A DNA stretch of 12,515 nucleotides from Oligoflexales bacterium (GTDB taxonomy: Bacteria; Bdellovibrionota_B; Oligoflexia; Oligoflexales; Bog-1112): contig JBGCDR010000425.1 in NCBI GenBank assembly GCA_045105515.1, positions 1 to 12,515 of the forward strand, in the 5' to 3' direction. This document shows, piece by piece, positions 7,467-12,515 of this stretch. The notes beneath the pieces were generated by a model. That model was given only the letters and a program-made list of their open reading frames with translations, searched no databases and had not been told where the DNA came from. The stretch's first letter is position 1, and the number at the start of each line of letters is the position of its first letter. The translations under genes and the position numbers were made by a program.

Positions 7467-8006
7467 AAACTGCTGTTGAATTACTATTTGCTCACTTTGC
7501 GATTTTTGAAAGCGCCAGTTTAGAATTTTGCTGCTGAGGCACTTTTCTAATGGTGGGTTTAACCATGTTTCTGTGCTTGAGTTTAATAACAACACATCCC
7601 TAGTTTGACCTGATCCAAGAATCGTCATTTGCACCAAAATAGTATCAGTTTTTCTTGGTAGTTCTAAATTGGGGGAAATCTTTTGATAGCAAGCTTGAAT
7701 ATCAGTTCCATGTGAATCTATCACTCCGAGAATTAGTTCAGTCGATAGAGAATCATGAACATACTCATCTTCTCCGTATCCTGACCACAAATGATTGGAA
7801 GCTTCCTGCTCGTGCCGAAGCTTAGGTGATGGCACATGATAATTATTAGGTTCAGAATGATACATAGGCTTATCAAAAATTGATGGATCCTCTGCAATTG
7901 ACTGACTTTCGGAATTCTTGTAGAGTTCATCTTTCCTTGTCTTACTTGTGGCACAAGAACTACACAAAATAAAAAATACAATAATTTTAATAACTTTTTC
8001 GTTCAT
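7452..8006 (-). CDS. Putative lipoprotein with AgmX/PglI-type (TonB-C-like) C-terminal domain
   Basis: Lipoprotein-like signal (FFILCSS-C18). The C-terminal pattern I..VI..H..DIQACY...P.L...I.V..TI..SG...V....S...LEKCL...I..WRF is typical of AgmX/PglI C-terminal domains. Its 3' end overlaps the DMT gene by 15 nt (convergent). Confidence 0.75.
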   Translation of the reverse strand: MNEKVIKIIVFFILCSSCATSKTRKDELYKNSESQSIAEDPSIFDKPMYHSEPNNYHVPSPKLRHEQEASNHLWSGYGEDEYVHDSLSTELILGVIDSHGTDIQACYQKISPNLELPRKTDTILVQMTILGSGQTRDVLLLNSSTETWLNPPLEKCLSSKILNWRFQKSQSEQIVIQQQFLLSP

Positions 8007-8052
8007 GGTTACTAATTCTTTCTTCTAGGCTAATTTTTGTACTATGAATAAA

Positions 8053-8080
8053 TAATCGACAAAACGACCAAGAATCTATA
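8053..8080 (-). promoter_or_regulatory. Putative sigma28 (FliA)-like promoter for 7452..8006
   Basis: The minus strand reads TATAG-N15-GTCGATTA, 46 nt upstream of the ATG at 8006. Confidence 0.4.
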
Positions 8081-8258
8081 AACAAATTTGTAGACTTGTT
8101 TTTTGTAGCTTAATTCTAGATACTTAATCTTAGATGAAGAATCTTATTTTTTTATTACTCATCAAGAAGTGATGACGTAATTCAATGCATGATCATGTTG
8201 GCGACTATACAGAAAGGGGATTCTATAGTATATAATAACTCAAGGAGATAACACTACT

Positions 8259-8840
8259 ATGATAAATGAAAAAATCGTATCAATACTCGGAAAAAGTGTG
8301 CACGATACAGTAGAAAAATTTTATGAAGATCCAGAAAACCAAAGCCTGGCCTATTCAGTTGTAGGAGCACACATTTTAAGTGATTACACTGGTGACGTTT
8401 ACACTGCAATGGGTGGGTGCTTACAATTTCAAACACATCCAGGGGATGAAGAAGGACCATATGTGTTTGCAATTGAGAGTGATGATCCTGACTCACCAGA
8501 TGAGTATCACTTTTGGATTGCACAATTGAGTGAACAAGGTGATAAAGCCTTTCCAACTTCAGTCCTAGATCTATCAACTCGCCACTTTCATCAAATGGCA
8601 AAGAATTTAGGGATTCCATGGGAACGTCCTCCTTTTCCAGAATTTATTTGGGAAACCAGTAGTGGTGATGTCTTCGATCAAATTTTTGAAAAGTATGGCA
8701 TCGATCTAGAATTCAACCCAGACTTGATCGATAAGCTTGATGAAATACTCGCAGCCCAAGAAGTTAATTTGCGACAGGTTGCAGAACAAGGAAAAAAACA
8801 ATTCTTGGCAGGTATTGAAACCTTAAGTCGTGGAACATAG
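8259..8840 (+). CDS. Hypothetical acidic protein, possibly transglutaminase/papain-like fold
   Basis: Strong AAGGAG RBS at 8242-47 and a 193-aa ORF. Contains YHFWIA and VLDLS motifs; the fold call is tentative. Confidence 0.75.
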   Translation: MINEKIVSILGKSVHDTVEKFYEDPENQSLAYSVVGAHILSDYTGDVYTAMGGCLQFQTHPGDEEGPYVFAIESDDPDSPDEYHFWIAQLSEQGDKAFPTSVLDLSTRHFHQMAKNLGIPWERPPFPEFIWETSSGDVFDQIFEKYGIDLEFNPDLIDKLDEILAAQEVNLRQVAEQGKKQFLAGIETLSRGT

Positions 8841-8864
8841 CAATAAGGTGTTCAAATATTTTAC

Positions 8865-9209
8865 CTACCCCTCAAGTTTATCTACAATGAGGTCAACGTA
8901 TTCTTGTGGTTTACTGAAATAGGAACGTGTAGAATACGAATCATCAAACCACTCTATCATTGGTTCATTTTTTGGAGCACTAGCTAATCGCCCTATTTCT
9001 GGATAAGTTTTCACTAGGTCGAGTAAACGCTCTCCAGCACCAGAACTACGATCCGTCACGGGATGCTTTTCCCGCAGATATCTCAATAAAAAATAGCTTA
9101 ATAGAGGGTCGAACTTCACTACGGCATTATACATATCAGCCGTTCCTTTATTGCCATCTTCTACGGCTGAAATAAATCCCAATACATCTGCTTTGTTTAA
9201 ATCATCCAT
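8865..9209 (-). CDS. Hypothetical protein
   Basis: 114-aa ORF with an AAGGAG RBS upstream on the minus strand and globular composition. No recognised family. Confidence 0.8.
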   Translation of the reverse strand: MDDLNKADVLGFISAVEDGNKGTADMYNAVVKFDPLLSYFLLRYLREKHPVTDRSSGAGERLLDLVKTYPEIGRLASAPKNEPMIEWFDDSYSTRSYFSKPQEYVDLIVDKLEG

Positions 9210-9367
9210 TCTGGTCTCCTTTTGTGTTGCTTATCCACTTATTCCTACGAAGCCAAGACTACCATAATGATAACTGATAAAGCAGCAAAAAGCATTCAAT
9301 AACGGCTAAAAAACAAGATTCCGCGTTAGTCTAGCTATTGAGCTACTATCTATATTAATACAAGCTA

Positions 9368-10489
9368 CTAATTCTTTCTCTCATATGCTAGCAAATAAGC
9401 ATCACTTGCCAATAGAGTTCTGAGTTCGGACATTGGGACCTTTGAGATGTGTTCATCATCATATTTGAGCAAATAAGTTCCAGTTTTCTTGTATTTAATT
9501 TCATAGCTAACATAGTGGCCAAACTTAGCGGAATGTCCCAAATGTGCGACTAAAGCTTTTAATCTGTAAGTCTCATCATCTATCTGCTCGGAGAGTCCAT
9601 TAGCCTTTGAGGAATAAAAAGGTAGAGTTAGGTACCGATCTAATTCAATCGGGGAGCGATTTTTATTTAAATGTGCAAATCTTTTCAACTGCACCAACAA
9701 AGTCTTTGGAGATTTAACTAGACCTACCTGTTTAAATTTATCTACCTCCAAGTTATTTTGCATAGATGATTGAAAAAATTCTCGCTTAAAATAGTGCTTG
9801 ACAAGATCTTTGATACAACGCCCTTCGAGTGGGAGTTGCAAAATATTGTAAGGTCTATCATAAATCACTGGTTTACTTTCATCTGCATAGGTGATCTGCT
9901 CACGTTGAATCATTTCAAATTCACTACCTTCTGCACCTAAGGCTTGCAACAAAAGCTCCAGGAATTCTGCAGCATCTTGTTGCATATAAACAGAGCCTAC
10001 ATACTTACCTTTTAGTGCCTGCTGAACTTCTTTAAGATAATTTCTTAAATTATTTTGATGTTCCCTTTCATCACCTTTTGACTTGATACTCTTTAACAAA
10101 TTTTTCAAACTTTTCTTTAGCTTTAAGTTCGGTAGTGACAAACCTTCAGAAGATGATCGTTCACTTTCATCTGCAATTTTTTGTAGATTAGTATTTGCAA
10201 TTAAATATGTAATCGCATTTAAATAACAGGTATTCCCATAATTACGTAATCCTTTAATTCCTTTAAAAGCTGTATTTATCTTATACCCTTCTTTATATCC
10301 TTCCCCTTGATCTAGTAATTTTTTAGGAGAATAATCAGACTGAATCAAGGGAATACCAAGTATATTTAGAATATCAAGTGGATCATCTTTTTTATCTTCT
10401 TGTACCAAAGCCCAAGCCGAAGGATGCATAAGGGCTAAGAAAATCGATATCCACACAATTGGTTGAAATTTAAATTCTTTTTTTTTCAT
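9368..10489 (-). CDS. Secreted ubiquitin-specific protease (USP / peptidase C19, UCH family) deubiquitinase-like protein
   Basis: All USP boxes are present in order: Cys box GLRNYGNTCYLNA (C88), QQDAAEFL, ILQLPL, PKTLLVQLKRF, His box YRLKALVAHLG...GHYVSY (H325), KYDDEHIS (D344/D345) and AYLLAYER. Sec signal MKKK...IVWISIFLALMHPSAWA. Confidence 0.93.
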   Translation of the reverse strand: MKKKEFKFQPIVWISIFLALMHPSAWALVQEDKKDDPLDILNILGIPLIQSDYSPKKLLDQGEGYKEGYKINTAFKGIKGLRNYGNTCYLNAITYLIANTNLQKIADESERSSSEGLSLPNLKLKKSLKNLLKSIKSKGDEREHQNNLRNYLKEVQQALKGKYVGSVYMQQDAAEFLELLLQALGAEGSEFEMIQREQITYADESKPVIYDRPYNILQLPLEGRCIKDLVKHYFKREFFQSSMQNNLEVDKFKQVGLVKSPKTLLVQLKRFAHLNKNRSPIELDRYLTLPFYSSKANGLSEQIDDETYRLKALVAHLGHSAKFGHYVSYEIKYKKTGTYLLKYDDEHISKVPMSELRTLLASDAYLLAYERKN

Positions 10490-10697
10490 AGTATATCCCT
10501 TTATACATCACTTGGATATGGTATAAAAATGTTTGAACTTTTGATCAAGCTTCAGCATCTGCGTGTTGTTATAGATTATCTACATGTCAAGGTAAAGGAA
10601 TGAAGGAAGAAAACTCTGTTTAGAAAATGCCCTAATGCATAGGTTTTATACACATAAAGCTCTCGTATCCACCTATAACTTATAAAGAAAACACATC

Positions 10698-10713
10698 TGG
10701 CCTAAATATTGCT
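10698..10713 (+). promoter_or_regulatory. Sigma54 (RpoN) -24/-12 promoter upstream of the metalloprotease gene
   Basis: TGGCCTAAATATTGCT = GG-N10-GC, matching TGGCAC-N5-TTGCW, 58 nt before ATG 10772. Confidence 0.7.
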
Positions 10714-10771
10714 TAAACTTAGTATAGCTCACATGGGCTAATCTTACCTTTTTTATGCGGGTACGCTAAGA

Positions 10772-12271
10772 ATGAAAAAACATATCCTTATCTTATTAAG
10801 CCTACTCATATTCAGCCTTGGGTGTACCAAGTCTAATCAAAATAGGAATTTGGATACAAGGAACCAAAATAAGACTTGGCCTAATCCTCCGAAAAAATCA
10901 ATTGACCTCAATTTCGTTAAAAAAAATCCCATAATTCTAGAACGAGCAGATACTTTTTGTACCCCCGACAAAGCATTAGAAGATATTGGAAAAACAAAAG
11001 TGTGGCTTTTTAAAAAAAATAAATTGGTCTTAACTGAAGTAAACTTAACGGGTGTATCAGGCAAAGACTTATCAAGTATCGTAAGTTCTGGAGCATACTA
11101 TAACTTTAAATATGTTGTCGACTACAAGGAATGCAGTAGTAGAGGCAATTCAAACTATCATTGTAAATTAAGTACTACCTTTGTAGAACAAGAAGGAAAA
11201 GCTGTTTCTATTTGCAGAGCAGGAGGTGGCTATCCCGCTAAATCAATAGAGAATGCTGCACTTGCAGGGATGTCTGGTTTAATGCAAGCATACAAGACGA
11301 TAAAAGCTTCAAGCCAAGAAATTAATCTACCTAAAGTTGAGCTGCTGATTCACCCATTTTTTGAATCTCGGATTAATACTGAACAAGAGTCTCTAGTCAC
11401 ATTCATGACTGACAACGCATTTTGGACCAATGCATCAAGAACAGGGAAGGGATTTTCCATAGCCTTGCTTCCTCACAGCGAACAATTTAAGAAAGTCTTC
11501 GACAAGGCTCCTCTTTGGGCTCAAAGTGGAGTTGTGAGCCATGAATACGGGCATCATGTCTTCCACTATTTAGCACCAAATTTATTTGCTTCGGCACAAT
11601 CCATGAGTTTAAGCCAACAAATAGGGCAAAATTTTGAAAATGTGTTAGAAACATTATCTGCAAAAGCTTTTGGAAAAGAAAACCGTACCATAACTACTAA
11701 GCAAGTAGTTTCCTCTCTGAATGAAGGGTATGCTGACCTTATAGCTCATTATTCTCACGACTCAGGTAATAACCCTTGGGGATCCGTAGTGATTGGATTA
11801 TTTCAGAAAGCACGCAACACTAAATCCTGCAATTGTGATGACGGAGAAGTGAAATCAATAAATAATTCAGTAATTAAACATTTTTTCTCACCTCATACAA
11901 GTAGACCTCACACGTATTTTGCAGTCGATCATCAAGATGTGCACTCTGTAGGCGCAATAATCGCACATGGCATCGATGATCTTCTCAGCAATCAGCAAAA
12001 AGAGAGTGGTTCAGAACTGAGCAGCATCGAAAAAATGAATTGGCTCATTAACTGGGCAAACAGGCTTAATAAAGATTTTGAGCAAAGGCATGCCTATACC
12101 CCTCCCGATCTTCTCCAAGAATTTATGTATCATGGGATTAGCTATTTAGATGAACTACATGCTCCTTTTACTCTGGAACAATGTAAAACTATTAATCGTG
12201 TGTTTCCAGTTTATATAGATCATTGGAAAAGTAGCAAAGAGAATTTCTCCTGCGAAAAATCATCGCAATAA
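10772..12271 (+). CDS. Lipoprotein zinc metallopeptidase (gluzincin, M4 thermolysin / M36 fungalysin-like)
   Basis: Lipobox FSLG-C18; DNAFW; VVSHEYGHH (HExxH); third ligand motif SLNEGYAD; downstream QDVHSVG (thermolysin-type His). Confidence 0.88.
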   Translation: MKKHILILLSLLIFSLGCTKSNQNRNLDTRNQNKTWPNPPKKSIDLNFVKKNPIILERADTFCTPDKALEDIGKTKVWLFKKNKLVLTEVNLTGVSGKDLSSIVSSGAYYNFKYVVDYKECSSRGNSNYHCKLSTTFVEQEGKAVSICRAGGGYPAKSIENAALAGMSGLMQAYKTIKASSQEINLPKVELLIHPFFESRINTEQESLVTFMTDNAFWTNASRTGKGFSIALLPHSEQFKKVFDKAPLWAQSGVVSHEYGHHVFHYLAPNLFASAQSMSLSQQIGQNFENVLETLSAKAFGKENRTITTKQVVSSLNEGYADLIAHYSHDSGNNPWGSVVIGLFQKARNTKSCNCDDGEVKSINNSVIKHFFSPHTSRPHTYFAVDHQDVHSVGAIIAHGIDDLLSNQQKESGSELSSIEKMNWLINWANRLNKDFEQRHAYTPPDLLQEFMYHGISYLDELHAPFTLEQCKTINRVFPVYIDHWKSSKENFSCEKSSQ

Positions 12272-12422
12272 TACTTATCATCACGTTGTTGAAACAAGAC
12301 AAAAAAATTTAACCCGACACAAAGCAACAACAGGAGACTCCACAAACTTGATGTATGCGATCTACGACACTTTGTATCAATAGAGTTGTCTAACAATTGA
12401 TAAAACCCTTTGGTAGCTTAAT

Positions 12423-12515
12423 TTATGTTATTTTATAGTTCCAAAGACCTGCTGCTGCGTAACCTATTTCATCACGAAGCTTATCAATTCTGACTCTTAA
12501 CTTTGAAGAAGCTGC
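12423..12515 (-). CDS. Possible 3' end of a gene entering from the right edge
   Basis: A minus-strand frame is open from the window edge: AASSKLRVRIDKLRDEIGYAAAGLWNYKIT*. Too short to assign. Confidence 0.4.
   Translation of the reverse strand, partial: AASSKLRVRIDKLRDEIGYAAAGLWNYKIT

Noticed and set aside
9284..9300. Possible sigma54 site (minus strand TTGAATGCTTTTTGC) upstream of 8865..9209
   Set aside because: The invariant -24 GG is absent.
6818..11064. Small ORFs 6818..7006, 7733..7981, 8257..8619 and 10837..11064
   Set aside because: All overlap better-supported genes, antisense or out of frame, and have no recognisable features.
12375..12402. Imperfect inverted repeat TATCAAT...ATTGATA downstream of the metalloprotease
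   Set aside because: AT-rich, weak stem with no clear U-tract; expected by chance at this composition.
1..12515. CRISPR array, rRNA, IS element or retron
   Set aside because: No regularly spaced repeats, rRNA-like sequence, transposase or reverse transcriptase motifs were seen.

Overview
AT-rich bacterial window. The gene content (AgmX/PglI-like TonB-C lipoprotein, FapA/DUF342, sigma54- and sigma28-like promoters) suggests a Bdellovibrionota/Oligoflexia- or deltaproteobacteria-like organism, but this is inference. The left end (1-~1100) looks like the decayed edge of an integrative element: the tail of a polymorphic-toxin gene (Hint C-terminus 'LVHNC' followed by a pre-toxin TG domain) runs out of frame into a 5'-truncated tyrosine integrase, followed by att-like repeats. 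Next come a ~210-nt self-complementary intergenic segment (candidate ncRNA, possibly 6S-like), xseA-xseB (XseA has an extra N-terminal domain) and a long FapA/DUF342 gene. The right half holds genes pointing to interaction with eukaryotes: a Chlamydia-type SAM/SAH (EamA) transporter and a signal-peptide-bearing, eukaryote-like USP (C19) deubiquitinase, which is divergently paired with a sigma54-driven M4/M36-like zinc-metalloprotease lipoprotein. All family calls come from motif recognition by eye; no searches were run.
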